Shown here: in pieces, positions 51,881-62,681 of the stretch
How positions within the stretch are numbered: the stretch's first letter is position 1
How the letters are laid out: each line of letters starts with the position of its first letter
From: a bacterium
GTDB taxonomy: Bacteria; Electryoneota; Electryoneia; Electryoneales; Electryoneaceae
DNA: 64,000 nt
Assembly: GCA_963669175.1 (NCBI GenBank)
Contig: OY769902.1
Span: 544,001-608,000 of the forward strand
Reading direction: 5' to 3'
The notes under the pieces: generated by a model
The model's database searches: none
What the model was told of the DNA's origin: nothing
What the model saw: the letters and a program-made list of their open reading frames with translations, nothing else
Made by a program: the position numbers and the translations under genes

Positions 51881-51909
51881 ACGGGACTGATTACGTCAGT
51901 CCTGTTTTT
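51881..51909 (+). terminator. Intrinsic terminator
   Basis: ACGGGACTGA-TTACG-TCAGTCCTGT followed by a T run. Confidence 0.7.
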
Positions 51910-52021
51910 ATGTACTCTGAAGAAATTAACATGAATAAGAGATATTCATTGTTATTACTCCCTGCTTCAAGTACTTTATAAAGCATGACAATTCTTTTTC
52001 AACCATGATCTGGAATAACCC

Positions 52022-53431
52022 ATGCTGACACGCCCTTCATTTTCGCTACGGATCATTTTACTTCTTCTTGTGCTGATTGTACCTCAGGCATACTCCCAGA
52101 ACTCACGCCCCGGCACTTTATCCGGTTATGTTTACAATGAATATTCCGGTGTCCCGTTGGAGAATGTTCGCGTGGTCATTCCGGAGTTGCAGCAGGAAAC
52201 CCTGACAGATGAGGGTGGCTATTACAGCCTCTCCGGCGTTGAACACGGTCGGTACAATGTCATCTTCTTCTACCCGGGATTCGTTACAAAGACCTTGACG
52301 GGGATGATGATTATCCCGGGCAATGAGTCCGAGGTAAACTGTTACCTGGATACACGGGATGCCTACCATGATGTCAGCGCCATGTCCGCTGAAGAATCCA
52401 AGTGGCAACAGGCAAAAAACAAGAGACGGCCTTCACGTCCAGCGCCGTCTTCGATCCTTGGACAGGTAGTAGCGGCTGACAATGGAGAACCGGTTTACCT
52501 GTGCAAGGTATACGTACCCGGTCAGAAAACTTATGCCCTGTCGAAACCGGGCGGGCGTTTCTGGATGGAAAAGCTATATCCCGGAAGTTACACTGTGATC
52601 GCGGAACACCCCGGCTTTGAAACTAGCAGGATCAGTGCTGTTGCTGTGGATGCAGACAAAGAGACAGAACTGACGATCCGTCTGCGACGGAAAACTCCGG
52701 TCGGATTTTTCAAGGGACAGGTGCTCGACGCCTCCACCGGACAGCCTGTTCCTGAAGTATATGTGGAGCTGGAAGAATACCATGAAGCCTGTATCACCGA
52801 TCTGAATGGGTATTTCTATTTCAACAACATTGCCTTCGGGGAATATGGTCTGGTATTTCGTCATCCTGACTTCACATACAAGCGCGTCGAAAATAGTAGA
52901 TTTGACCCGGCGCATGATGATATCGGTGGTTTTCTCCTGGAACCACGTCCCACTCAGTTTATCAGTAACCGTAACGGACGCAACAGCAGAACCTCTGTCC
53001 CGATAACCTTCCGTTCAGGTTCAAAGATGCCTTCCTTGTATGTGGATCATGGTGAGTTCACTAATGAGGGACGCCCCCCGATTCCTTTCGTAACATCGCC
53101 CCCCGGCGATGGAAATCGCAGCAATGGTTCCGGACATCGTAATAGAGGCCAAACGAATCCGGATTCCCAGTTTTCCATCACAGGCCTTGTGTTTGACGCC
53201 AACTTCACGGATAAGGTTGTACGGAATTGCAGGGTCCACCTGGTGGGAACAAAACGGACCGTGGCGACGGACCACTATGGCGCTTTTGCCATGCTTGTAC
53301 CGGAACCGGGCAAGTATGATCTGGAATTCACCTGCTTCGGTTATTATGCGGAAATTGTATCTGTAGACTTCACCAACCCGGACGCCTTTGTACGGCTGGA
53401 GATCTTCCTCAAACCAGTTATCAGCCAGTAG
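52022..53431 (+). CDS. Paralogous secreted protein with four carboxypeptidase-regulatory-like domains
   Basis: Shares QAYSQNSRPGT.SGYV, IPGNE and L.IFLK with 50607-51848. Confidence 0.8.
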   Translation: MLTRPSFSLRIILLLLVLIVPQAYSQNSRPGTLSGYVYNEYSGVPLENVRVVIPELQQETLTDEGGYYSLSGVEHGRYNVIFFYPGFVTKTLTGMMIIPGNESEVNCYLDTRDAYHDVSAMSAEESKWQQAKNKRRPSRPAPSSILGQVVAADNGEPVYLCKVYVPGQKTYALSKPGGRFWMEKLYPGSYTVIAEHPGFETSRISAVAVDADKETELTIRLRRKTPVGFFKGQVLDASTGQPVPEVYVELEEYHEACITDLNGYFYFNNIAFGEYGLVFRHPDFTYKRVENSRFDPAHDDIGGFLLEPRPTQFISNRNGRNSRTSVPITFRSGSKMPSLYVDHGEFTNEGRPPIPFVTSPPGDGNRSNGSGHRNRGQTNPDSQFSITGLVFDANFTDKVVRNCRVHLVGTKRTVATDHYGAFAMLVPEPGKYDLEFTCFGYYAEIVSVDFTNPDAFVRLEIFLKPVISQ

Positions 53432-53465
53432 ATTTCTCGTGGACCGAATCACATGACTCGATCCA

Positions 53466-54710
53466 CTACCCTTCTGCGAGCACCTGATCAATCAACAGTT
53501 TAAACGCGGCGGTAATGGAACGCTGACGGTTGGTTTTTCGGTTTCCATCAAACTGCTGCTTGATGAAGGTTGTTTTTTCCTGATCTGCATAGCCGATATA
53601 GACCAGTCCGACCGGCTTGACATCGGTTCCGCCGGTTGGCCCGGCGATACCGGTAATGGCGAGCGCAACCTGGGCGCGTGATTTTTTCAATGCCCCTTCA
53701 GCCATGGCCTGCACAACCTCTGCCGATACCGCGCCGTGCTTCTCCAGCAATTCCCAGGGCACACCCAGCATCTCGTGTTTTGCTTCATTGGTATAGGTCA
53801 CAAAGCCACGTTCAAACCAGTCCGATGAGCCCGGCACATCCACGCATAGCTTGGCCAGCCAACCCCCGGTACAGGATTCCGCCGCGGTCAGCATCAGGTG
53901 ACGGCTTTTAAGCAGTTTCCCGACACCTTCCGCCAGGGTAAAATCATCTCCTTTGCCGACAATCCAGCGGTTCACCTTCTCCTGAATCAAGCGTTCCGCC
54001 TTATCCAGTTCCATTCCTGCCTCTTCGAAACTGGCAGCCTCCACCGTCAGGCGAAGACGAACCGATCCAACACCGGGAAGAAAAGCAAGCTTGGCGTGTT
54101 GCAGGATATCATCACGATTGTCGAGCTTTTCATAGAGTTCCGCTTCCAGCAAACCAAGCAGGTGGAGGGTGCGTGTCAACACAACCTTACCGCTACGCAG
54201 TTTGCGGACACGTGGGATCACGCCCTGCTGCATGATGCCCTGCATCTCGATAGGCACTCCCGGCATGGCGACAAATACCCGGCCTTCACGTTCCACCCAG
54301 ATCCCCGGCGCGGTGCCGTGGACATTACGAAGCGGTGTGGCGCCCTCGGGAAAATCAGCCTGTTCACGGCTGGTCTCGACAAAACTCAACTGCTGCCGTT
54401 TGTACGCTTCACGCACCTGTTCAAGCAAATCGGTGCGAAATACCAGCGGCAGGTTGAAGAATTTTGCGAGGAGCGCCTTGGTAAGATCGTCGTGTGTAGG
54501 CCCAAGCCCGCCCGTGATCAATGTGATATCACTGCGATGATACGCCTTCTGGAATGCGCCCAGGATGGCTTCACGGTCATCCGGAATAACGCTCATGTGT
54601 TGCACGTTGAAACCTTCACGTGTCATCGCACGCGCCATCCAGCCGGCATTGGAATTATCCACCTGGCCCAGCAGGATCTCGTCACCAATCGCAATGATTT
54701 CCACCTTCAT
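53466..54710 (-). CDS. cinA: Competence/damage-inducible protein A (MocF plus NMN deamidase)
   Basis: IGDEILLG, GGLGPTHDDLT, MPGVP.EM, AESCTGG, TGIAGPTGG. Confidence 0.95.
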   Translation of the reverse strand: MKVEIIAIGDEILLGQVDNSNAGWMARAMTREGFNVQHMSVIPDDREAILGAFQKAYHRSDITLITGGLGPTHDDLTKALLAKFFNLPLVFRTDLLEQVREAYKRQQLSFVETSREQADFPEGATPLRNVHGTAPGIWVEREGRVFVAMPGVPIEMQGIMQQGVIPRVRKLRSGKVVLTRTLHLLGLLEAELYEKLDNRDDILQHAKLAFLPGVGSVRLRLTVEAASFEEAGMELDKAERLIQEKVNRWIVGKGDDFTLAEGVGKLLKSRHLMLTAAESCTGGWLAKLCVDVPGSSDWFERGFVTYTNEAKHEMLGVPWELLEKHGAVSAEVVQAMAEGALKKSRAQVALAITGIAGPTGGTDVKPVGLVYIGYADQEKTTFIKQQFDGNRKTNRQRSITAAFKLLIDQVLAEG

Positions 54711-54896
54711 ATTCGCCTCCATTTTTGCCTCGAAAGGAACAGGACAACTCAAGATGGCGCCCCATTCTTCAGGTAAACCACTAAATAAGACCCTATTGTT
54801 CCCGAAAAGCAAGGCAAAAAGGAATATTGTGCGCCCCTACCGTTTCCATTAGAGAATCGAGAAACAATGACAACAAACGCTACGTGATCCTTTCGC

Positions 54897-56440
54897 TTAA
54901 ATAAATATCTTCAGTATCGGCCATATCGCTTTTAAAGGCTCTCTCAGGTTTCGACAGACATAGATGTGCACATTTTGTTCATACGGCATGGACAGGGGAT
55001 GGTTGGTACGTCCTTTCTCTTCTGTTTCTTCAAAGAATTCCCCCAGTCTTTCCTGGCCTTGGTTATCCACAACGATCATAACCTTTCCGTTATAATCTCC
55101 CGGCCCCCAGTGCCAGTAGCTGTTGTGACCACAAATTACAGGTGGCAAATCATACTCTTCCGTGTAGTATTCGAGCGAAGCAGCACGACCATAGTTCGTA
55201 GTAAAAATAACACAATCCGTCTTGTCACTATCCGGTAAAGCCTGATATACAGCAGCGGTTTTTTGGGCGAGTTTTTCCCAACCGAAACGATCAGCGAAGA
55301 ATTGAGGAAGTACGCCCTGTTCATTCTGTTCTCCAGTTTCCAGATTCATACCCGTTTTTCTGGCAAAGGAGATATAATCCTGCACCGGAAGCACAGGAAC
55401 AGCAAAAGGCATGGCAATCAGGAGAGCAATAACAGTGTAAACAACCGTGACCGGCGGCACCCAACGCCATTTCTTTCCCCTGTCAACCAGTCTTTCAATC
55501 GCCAACGCTCCGGTAGCGATAAGAACAGGAAAGCTGGGATTTGCATAGTAAGATTTGGCGCTGCCGGTGAAGACCAGGATGCCCATGACTACAAGCCAGA
55601 ATATTCCCGCCCAACGGTGTAACTTTGTTTCTTTGCTTACGAACAGATAAACCAATCCCGTCACCCAGATCGGGAACAAGAGAGGATTTATCTCAAATGC
55701 AACTGCCACTATAAATTCCAACGGATTCATGGGCTGAAGCTTGTACGTCGTAGCGTTACGTATAAATTCCAGTGTAGGCCATTGGTAAACAATCTGCCAT
55801 ATCAGGTACGGGGAAAATAGCAGTAATGCGATAATCGCGCCCGTCCAGGGGAAGGTGCCTTGAACATAGAACGGTGCCGGGTCGTGATCAAACCGATGAA
55901 GATACCTGCACTCAACCACAATACACTGATTTTATTCATCAGCCCGAGCCCAAGTACAAGGCCGAGGATATACCAGTAGTAGGCCGCACCTCCATTGGCC
56001 AGCATTGCAACGATATAGAGCGCTATGCTCCACACCAGCACATCGAAGCTGTTCATGGAATAGAAGCTATTGATTCCGAGAAAACCGGGGATGGCAATAA
56101 TCATCAGAGCGGTAAGAACCTGGGCAAAAGTACATCCGCCAAATTCCCGTGCAATCAAACCACCAAACACAACCGTCACAGCTCCGGCAAATGCCGGCAG
56201 AATTCTGATCGCAAACAAACTGTCACCGAGAAGACCACGTTCTATCCACAAGAGGAATATGGACAATGCGGGATGATCAACATATCCGAACGCCAAGTGA
56301 TCGGCACAGGCGAGGTAGTAGTATTCATCACGGAAAAATCCGTAACTGTCAACCGCATTAAGGACCAAGTGAAACAGAAGTTTTATCCCGGCGATGATCA
56401 GGATCCAACGTAGCCCGGAGTCAATCTTCGAAAAGCGCAC
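54897..56440 (-). pseudogene. ArnT-like/GT39 glycosyltransferase split by a 1-nt frameshift near 55850
   Basis: FRDEYYY...LAFGYVDHP in 55802-56440 continues as FPWTG..LLFSPYLIWQ...WP in 54897-55919; C-terminal NYGRA, GHNSYW.WG. Confidence 0.8.
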
Positions 56441-56479
56441 AGCATCCTCCCCGACTGGTCCACTAGACCAGCCTCCTGC

Positions 56480-59278
56480 TTAACGCGCCCACGTAGTCAA
56501 CAATATACGTTGCCATTGAGGGTATGTTCCCCGCGTCTCATATTGCCAACGTTCAGGGTTAAACACCCAGCGTGGTGAATGTTCCAGAACCGGCGGTTCG
56601 ATATCCATCCCCTTTGAGCTTCGATATTGGCTGATCAAGGCCAGTACGATTAATAAATCCGGTGATGCTGGCGTCTGGGCTACGTCAACAGTAAATCCAG
56701 TTGGATTGATCAACAACGTGTGCAATAGCCTCATGGCAACAAGATTTTCATTCTCCGGTTCCAGGTTTTCCACTTCTCCCAGTTGTTCTTCGGCCGCATC
56801 GTATTCACCATGCATCAGGAGCACACGTGCGAAATCCAAACGTAGATCTGCGATTCCGGTACGTGTTTCCAGGGCTTTCTCGAAATGTACACGCGAGCTG
56901 TCCAGCAACCCGGATGGTTTCTTGTTCACGAAGGTCTGGCTGCTGTCCCCGAAGGCCAGTCCCAGCCCCCAGTGAGCTTCCGGGAGATCGCTCTGAGCTT
57001 CCAATACCAGGGTGAAAGCGTGTATAGACCGACTGTATTCGCCATTGATCCACGCATAGTGCCCGGTGTCCAACCACAACTCGTGGGGTTCATCCATGCC
57101 GGACAGCAACATACCCTGCCCCAGCGCATCCATGACACTTTCCATCGGCTGATTGGCATGGAAACGCACTGAAGCCAGGTTGATATGGGATTTTGCGTTG
57201 TTGGGATACAGTTCAACGGCGCGTTCAGCCAGTTGGAGCGCATCTGTATCACGATCCAGTATGGACAGCAACCAGGCCTTTATCTCCAGAACCTGCTTGT
57301 CGTTGCTGTTTTCTTCCGGAAGATCTTCGATAAGAATTAGCGCAGAGTCCGCTTTGCCACGTTCAACCAGTTCATAAGCGGCATTCAGCTTTCCGACCAT
57401 GTAATAGGGAGCCATATCTTCAACCGCCAGAAAGCGTTCGACCAATGTCAGAAGCGCCGGGTCCAATTCCTCCAGTCTTTCACGGACAATTTCCGCCGAA
57501 TCATACTGGTGGCGCGGTTTGGAATGATAAGCGTTCACCCCTTCAGCGAAATACTCCCAGAAGGTCAGCCCCTGGTAACGGCTCATGAACCGTTTGCTGC
57601 CGTTAGCCTCATCCGCCTTGGCCTGCCGGTACAGCGCTTCGATGTCCTGCTTTTCTTTCTCGGTCAGGATGCCGTGAACCTGGTGAGTAAGCTCATGAAT
57701 AACAGTGTTGTATCCGCCATAAATCATCCGCTCGACATCTTCCACCCCGGTTACGGTATGATATCCGCCGCAACCACGCACATCATCCCACAAGCGTGAA
57801 TCCAGGTTGATTCGTGCATCCCGCATGGATTCCAACTGCGGGCACTCGGACAGGATTTCATGCAACGGCTTGATGTAATGGGTGGAACCAGTCGCAACCA
57901 GCACTGGCACAAATCGTCGCCATGGATAAACCGACATGGCAACTCGTTTCTGGTGGCGGGGATGCAACGATTGCCAGTTCGGAACATACTCTTCTATCCC
58001 GGGCACTTCCGGGAAGGATTCCGCTTCAAAGTCCTGGTCTTCTTTCTGGTGATAGACTGAAACCCGCATGCGTCGAACTTCCTGAACACGGGCGTAGATG
58101 GCGTGCACGCGACCATACTCAGGCACATCAGCCAACACACTGAAACAGAGCTGTTCCGCGGTAGCCATGTCGCCATCTTCCCAGGCCAACGACGCCAGGA
58201 TTATACGCGGTTCGACAAGTTCCGTGTGTTGTTCCGTAAGGCTTTGTAAGCGTTCACTCGCTTCTTCACGATGCCCGGCCCTCAACAGCTCTTTGACAGC
58301 TCCAATTTCAACAGCTTTCGCTTCACCTGCAAAATGGTCGGGATAGCGTTCGTAAAGCTGGGTGTAATTGTAGTGTCCCATGCCATTGCCGAGATAATAA
58401 TGCGCCATCTCATGGTAGGGATTCAGTTCCAGAACAAGTTCGAAAAGCTGCGTTGCTTCACGCACCCTGCCTAATCGTACCAGGTTCAACCCCAACAGAA
58501 ACAGCGCATCATCTCCGAAGCCACCATTATGGATTGTCCAGACAAGAGTGTCAACTGCCGCCTGGTTCTCCCCTTTCTTTTCCAACGCCTGCGCTGTCAG
58601 GATGGTAGCCTGGGACATCAGCAGTGGATCTTGAAAAGCAACATTTAATACACCTTCCGCATACAGCGTGACTTGCGGGGGGTGAACTTCCACTTTAAGG
58701 CCACGTGCCGCCAACAAGCGCTGACAACAAGCAAGGGCCGAATCAGGATCATGCTGTTTCAGGGCCAGTGTAGCGCCCAGCAGCATACGGTGCGGGAAAT
58801 ACGTGGTATCGTCGGCAAATTCCACGAAGTATTGATTATACAGTTCATCAAGTTGTTCACGGTCTGTCATCAGGCGAAGCGAGTGTGCCAGCTCCGAACC
58901 GAAATCCGGCATCCAATTAATGTGTAGGTTGCTTTTCGCCTGCGGGGGAAGAAATACTCCGAAATACCGCCCCCGCTTGATTTGGGATAGGTTGTACAAT
59001 GAGGTTGAACGTGGCGACCATATCTGTGGCGCAAGGGTCGTATCATGTGTCCAGATACCGAGCTGATAGATAGCTGTAACCTGGTTGTCATTTAGAGCAG
59101 GATGTTTTTTATTCAGCGGGCCGGCCACCTGCAGCAGCGAATCACGTACGGCCAGCACTTCCTGGATCAGAGGGAATTCATCCGCTTCAACATCGCTGCT
59201 AAGTACTGGTTGAATCCCGGTAAATAACGCAATAAAACCAAGTGCAAGTACGACGTAAAATTCTAACTTCTTCATCAT
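56480..59278 (-). CDS. Secreted TPR protein with a central anthrax-lethal-factor/Pro-Pro-endopeptidase-like zinc peptidase domain
   Basis: LWDDVRGCGG, HELTH, EYFAE flanked by TPR-like helices; GGAGG RBS. Confidence 0.75.
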   Translation of the reverse strand: MMKKLEFYVVLALGFIALFTGIQPVLSSDVEADEFPLIQEVLAVRDSLLQVAGPLNKKHPALNDNQVTAIYQLGIWTHDTTLAPQIWSPRSTSLYNLSQIKRGRYFGVFLPPQAKSNLHINWMPDFGSELAHSLRLMTDREQLDELYNQYFVEFADDTTYFPHRMLLGATLALKQHDPDSALACCQRLLAARGLKVEVHPPQVTLYAEGVLNVAFQDPLLMSQATILTAQALEKKGENQAAVDTLVWTIHNGGFGDDALFLLGLNLVRLGRVREATQLFELVLELNPYHEMAHYYLGNGMGHYNYTQLYERYPDHFAGEAKAVEIGAVKELLRAGHREEASERLQSLTEQHTELVEPRIILASLAWEDGDMATAEQLCFSVLADVPEYGRVHAIYARVQEVRRMRVSVYHQKEDQDFEAESFPEVPGIEEYVPNWQSLHPRHQKRVAMSVYPWRRFVPVLVATGSTHYIKPLHEILSECPQLESMRDARINLDSRLWDDVRGCGGYHTVTGVEDVERMIYGGYNTVIHELTHQVHGILTEKEKQDIEALYRQAKADEANGSKRFMSRYQGLTFWEYFAEGVNAYHSKPRHQYDSAEIVRERLEELDPALLTLVERFLAVEDMAPYYMVGKLNAAYELVERGKADSALILIEDLPEENSNDKQVLEIKAWLLSILDRDTDALQLAERAVELYPNNAKSHINLASVRFHANQPMESVMDALGQGMLLSGMDEPHELWLDTGHYAWINGEYSRSIHAFTLVLEAQSDLPEAHWGLGLAFGDSSQTFVNKKPSGLLDSSRVHFEKALETRTGIADLRLDFARVLLMHGEYDAAEEQLGEVENLEPENENLVAMRLLHTLLINPTGFTVDVAQTPASPDLLIVLALISQYRSSKGMDIEPPVLEHSPRWVFNPERWQYETRGTYPQWQRILLTTWAR

Positions 59279-59388
59279 ACCTCCACGGTTTTCCAAAATA
59301 TCGCAATGCCCGAATACACACTTTCTATTATACCATCTCCAGCCATATGTCATCCCAGCGAAGCAGGCTGCATCAGAATCGGCTACAC

Positions 59389-59540
59389 TCTCATCCCAGC
59401 GAAGGCTGGGATCCAGGCAAGTATCGACAATACAACAAGTTGCTCGCACAAACAGCTCTCAATGTACCGCGCCTCTTGAGAATACTTAATCTCTTGTAAT
59501 ATCGCAACATGACTGGATCCCAGCCTTCGCTGGGATGAGA
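59389..59540 (+). repeat. 152-bp REP-doublet element, copy 3
   Basis: 27-bp perfect inverted arms; same length as 14636-14787. Confidence 0.9.
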
Positions 59541-59679
59541 ATATCATTGATTCTGAGACACCCTGGAAAGCTGGGATGAGAGCCTCAAAAATTCCGATAC
59601 AACCTGGCAAACGGGGATCTACTCCATAGGCCGTACTTACCAATGGCTGTGTAAGGAACAATCGTCCCGACTCGAATTA

Positions 59680-60729
59680 CTACCTTTCAAACAGGCACGC
59701 GCAATCTTCCTTATGCGGGCCGTTATCGTCGCAGATTGCAAAATCGCTCGGTCCCCACATGGACACCCCGGCATGGTCGCCATTCGGACCGATCAGGTAA
59801 AACTTCAACCCGAAATTGGGACGCCCATCTTCCTGGAGCAGGTGCTTTTCACGGGTGGTATGCGCCACACGCCGTAACACTTCCAGCCCGGCATCGACTG
59901 GTGACATACCCTGACGCATCAATTCAACCCCGGCAAAGGAACACAGGTTCTGCAGGTTGGCCTCGCCACGCCCTGTACTGCCGCAGGTTCCTACTTCGTT
60001 ATCGCAATACAGCCCGGCGCCGATGATGGGTGAATCGCCAACACGGCCCGGCATTTTGAAAAACAGGCCACTGGTGGTCGTCACGCAGGAGACATTTCCT
60101 TTCGCATCAATCCCGCCGCAGTGAATCGTCCCGGTGGGGCGTCCGAAGAAATCACGCACGTACGGCTCCAGCTCCTCGTCTGGCGGGGTCAGCCAGTCAT
60201 CGTCATCGGAGAGGGATTGTTTCCAGTAGAGCCAGATATTGCGAGCCTTTTCGGTCAACAGGTTTTCCTCGGGGAATCCATTGGCGCGTGCGAACTGGAG
60301 CGCCCCTTCACCTACGAGCAGCACATGGTCTGTCTGTTCCATGACCAGCTTGGCGACTTTGGACGGATTCTTGATATTGCGTAGTGATGCTACCGCTCCG
60401 GCACGATGTGACGGGCCATGCATGACCGCCGAGTCCAATTCCACGATCCCGTTTTCGTTGGGAAGGCCACCGTACCCGACAGTGATGTCTTCCGGGTCAT
60501 CTTCTACCACGTTCACCCCGGCGATCACCGCATCCAGCACATCCTCCCCGGAAGTGATCTTTTCGTAGGCAATCCGCACAGCTTCCATACCATTGCCGGA
60601 CGCTACCACTTTCGGGGTGAACTTCCCCTTTTTCTTCACAATCGGAGCGCTATGAGCGCTGGCCCCGGTCAATAAAGTCGCCCCTGCCGCCGCAACACCG
60701 GTTGTCTTCAGAAATTCACGCCTTTGCAT
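59680..60729 (-). CDS. Tat-exported N(4)-(beta-N-acetylglucosaminyl)-L-asparaginase (Ntn hydrolase)
   Basis: MQRREFLK; VGYGGLP; GTI cleavage Thr; TTSG; GRVGDSPIIGAG; TGRGE. Confidence 0.92.
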   Translation of the reverse strand: MQRREFLKTTGVAAAGATLLTGASAHSAPIVKKKGKFTPKVVASGNGMEAVRIAYEKITSGEDVLDAVIAGVNVVEDDPEDITVGYGGLPNENGIVELDSAVMHGPSHRAGAVASLRNIKNPSKVAKLVMEQTDHVLLVGEGALQFARANGFPEENLLTEKARNIWLYWKQSLSDDDDWLTPPDEELEPYVRDFFGRPTGTIHCGGIDAKGNVSCVTTTSGLFFKMPGRVGDSPIIGAGLYCDNEVGTCGSTGRGEANLQNLCSFAGVELMRQGMSPVDAGLEVLRRVAHTTREKHLLQEDGRPNFGLKFYLIGPNGDHAGVSMWGPSDFAICDDNGPHKEDCACLFER

Positions 60730-61058
60730 CCCTGTTCTCTCCCCGTAAATAGTCCCTGCCGCTTGAAACCTGTATGCCGTTTCACCACATGATAGAAGGT
60801 GAGAATAATACATGGCAACGCTTCTGCAAAGTAGTGCCCTGTTACCCGATGAACAAGCCTGAACTTCAGGCGAAAAATCGTGATTACCCTGAATTACAGG
60901 GAAGGAATTCATAGGTATTGAATCTCACCTGTCTTACAATATGTTGAGTGAAAACAGACACTTGGTATCGCTCGAGTTCAATGGAGAAATAGCTCTCCTG
61001 ATTCGCTCCTGCCTCTTGCCTTCGGGGGGGTTAGCCTCTAACTTACGACGCTTGAAAC

Positions 61059-61135
61059 GCGCCTGTAGCTCAACTGGATAGAGCATCTGACTACGGATCA
61101 GAAGGTTTGGGGTTCGAATCCCTACAGGCGTACCA
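61059..61135 (+). tRNA. tRNA-Arg (ACG)
   Basis: Acceptor GCGCCTG/CAGGCGT; anticodon arm TCTGA-CTACGGA-TCAGA; GGTTCGAATCC; encoded CCA. Confidence 0.97.
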
Positions 61136-61139
61136 TAAA

Positions 61140-61180
61140 GAACAAGGGGTTAGGCGAGATGCCTGACCCCTTTGTTTTTT
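61140..61180 (+). terminator. Terminator hairpin between tRNA and integrase
   Basis: AAGGGGTTAGGC-GAGAT-GCCTGACCCCTT followed by a T run. Confidence 0.75.
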
Positions 61181-61218
61181 GCGCGTACATCATATGTACA
61201 TCAAACTCTGCTTTCAGA

Positions 61219-62301
61219 TCAATCTGGCAAGGATTCCGTGTCGTCTGTAAGAACCGCATAAGACAGCTTGGAAATGGCCTGTTCGGCAACGGATGGCGCA
61301 AGGTGGGCGTAATACTTTTCTGTTACTGTCACTGAACTGTGACCAAGCAGTTGGGACACTGTCCAAATCGGAACCCCCTGCTGTACAAGGTTCGATGCGA
61401 ATGTGTGTCGCAATGTGTGTGTACTCGCCCAGGGCATACCGATGCTGGTCAGTACCTTGGAAATATGCTGTCCTACATAGTCTTGATCCCACGGTTTGTC
61501 TGGATACTTGGCAGAACAGAAGACAGGTTTACCTCGCCTTGGTTCCAGTGAACGGATAAGTTTGTCCAGAGCGGGGAATTGCTTGAAGCGTATCATCCGG
61601 TTCTTTTTCGACTTGGTTTTGCTTCCACGGAAGTGAATGACACCGTTCCGGAGATCAATGTCATCACCCATCAGGCTGACCGTTTCGCCACGACGAGCAC
61701 CGGTAAACAGCAAGAAGTCAACCATGGGCGCTAGTGGATCGCCACGAAAAGCTTCACGAAGCTTCTGAACCTGGTGAGATTCCAGAAAGCGCGGTGTTTC
61801 CTTTTCCGGTACTTTGAACTGCTGCATCTTGCGCATAGGACTTTCCACAAGGTAATCCAATTCAATGGCCTTGTTGAAGAAAGCACGAAGATGACGGAAT
61901 TCGATGTTCATGGATACTGGGGATAATGTTTTCAAACGTTCCTGCTGATAGGTCTCGACGCATGCGCGCGTTACGTCCGCAAGCTTTATATCACCTGTAA
62001 ATTCAACGAATCCGCTAATAATGTCACTGTCCATGTTTGCTGTCTTCACTGCTTTATAGTTTTGGCTGTATTCTATGTATTGCGTGAAGTACTCTGACAG
62101 TGAGATAGTGTTGTTATCCGGATCCTGGGACGGGTCGATAGCTTTGATTCCTTCTGCTTCAAACGCGTGAAGTTTTATCGCAGCTTGTCGTTTGTTGATC
62201 TTTCCAAGTGAACGTGTGCGGTTATGGCCAGTTTCGTCCCAGAATTGCAGGTACCAGATTTTCCGGCCATCCTTTCCAATACGGGTATAGATGCGTGCCA
62301 T
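61219..62301 (-). CDS. Tyrosine recombinase/integrase
   Basis: TGARRGE, KTK, HTLRHT, LLGHS, YYAH catalytic motifs. Confidence 0.95.
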   Translation of the reverse strand: MARIYTRIGKDGRKIWYLQFWDETGHNRTRSLGKINKRQAAIKLHAFEAEGIKAIDPSQDPDNNTISLSEYFTQYIEYSQNYKAVKTANMDSDIISGFVEFTGDIKLADVTRACVETYQQERLKTLSPVSMNIEFRHLRAFFNKAIELDYLVESPMRKMQQFKVPEKETPRFLESHQVQKLREAFRGDPLAPMVDFLLFTGARRGETVSLMGDDIDLRNGVIHFRGSKTKSKKNRMIRFKQFPALDKLIRSLEPRRGKPVFCSAKYPDKPWDQDYVGQHISKVLTSIGMPWASTHTLRHTFASNLVQQGVPIWTVSQLLGHSSVTVTEKYYAHLAPSVAEQAISKLSYAVLTDDTESLPD

Positions 62302-62310
62302 GTGACCTCC

Positions 62311-62568
62311 TTACGCTGCACGCATGTGTGTTTGGAACACAGTGGAACGTTCACGATGACCATTGATGAAATCCTGAATCTGGTCATAGGTGAACATGAT
62401 CTTGTTCCCTGGAGTCCTTATACATTCAATTTTGCCATCTGCCACCCAATTATAGATGGTGTTGATATGCTTGTCGCCAAGCAACAACGCTACAGCTTTG
62501 ATGTCTTTCAGAAGTGTTCCATCTGGCCAGGTCGGTGTGGTTTTACTACGCGGAGTTTTTTCCTGCAT
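62311..62568 (-). CDS. Excisionase-like HTH protein
   Basis: VALLLG...NTIYNW...GKI...RTPG; immediately upstream of the integrase. Confidence 0.75.
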   Translation of the reverse strand: MQEKTPRSKTTPTWPDGTLLKDIKAVALLLGDKHINTIYNWVADGKIECIRTPGNKIMFTYDQIQDFINGHRERSTVFQTHMRAA

Positions 62569-62681
62569 TTGTTGCCTCTACTAAATGGTTGTTGGGGTGA
62601 ATTACTGCGGTTTAGGAAGGAGTCACTGGACAGTGATGATTTTCCCCTACCAATACATATCTCCACTTTTTTTTTCATTTT

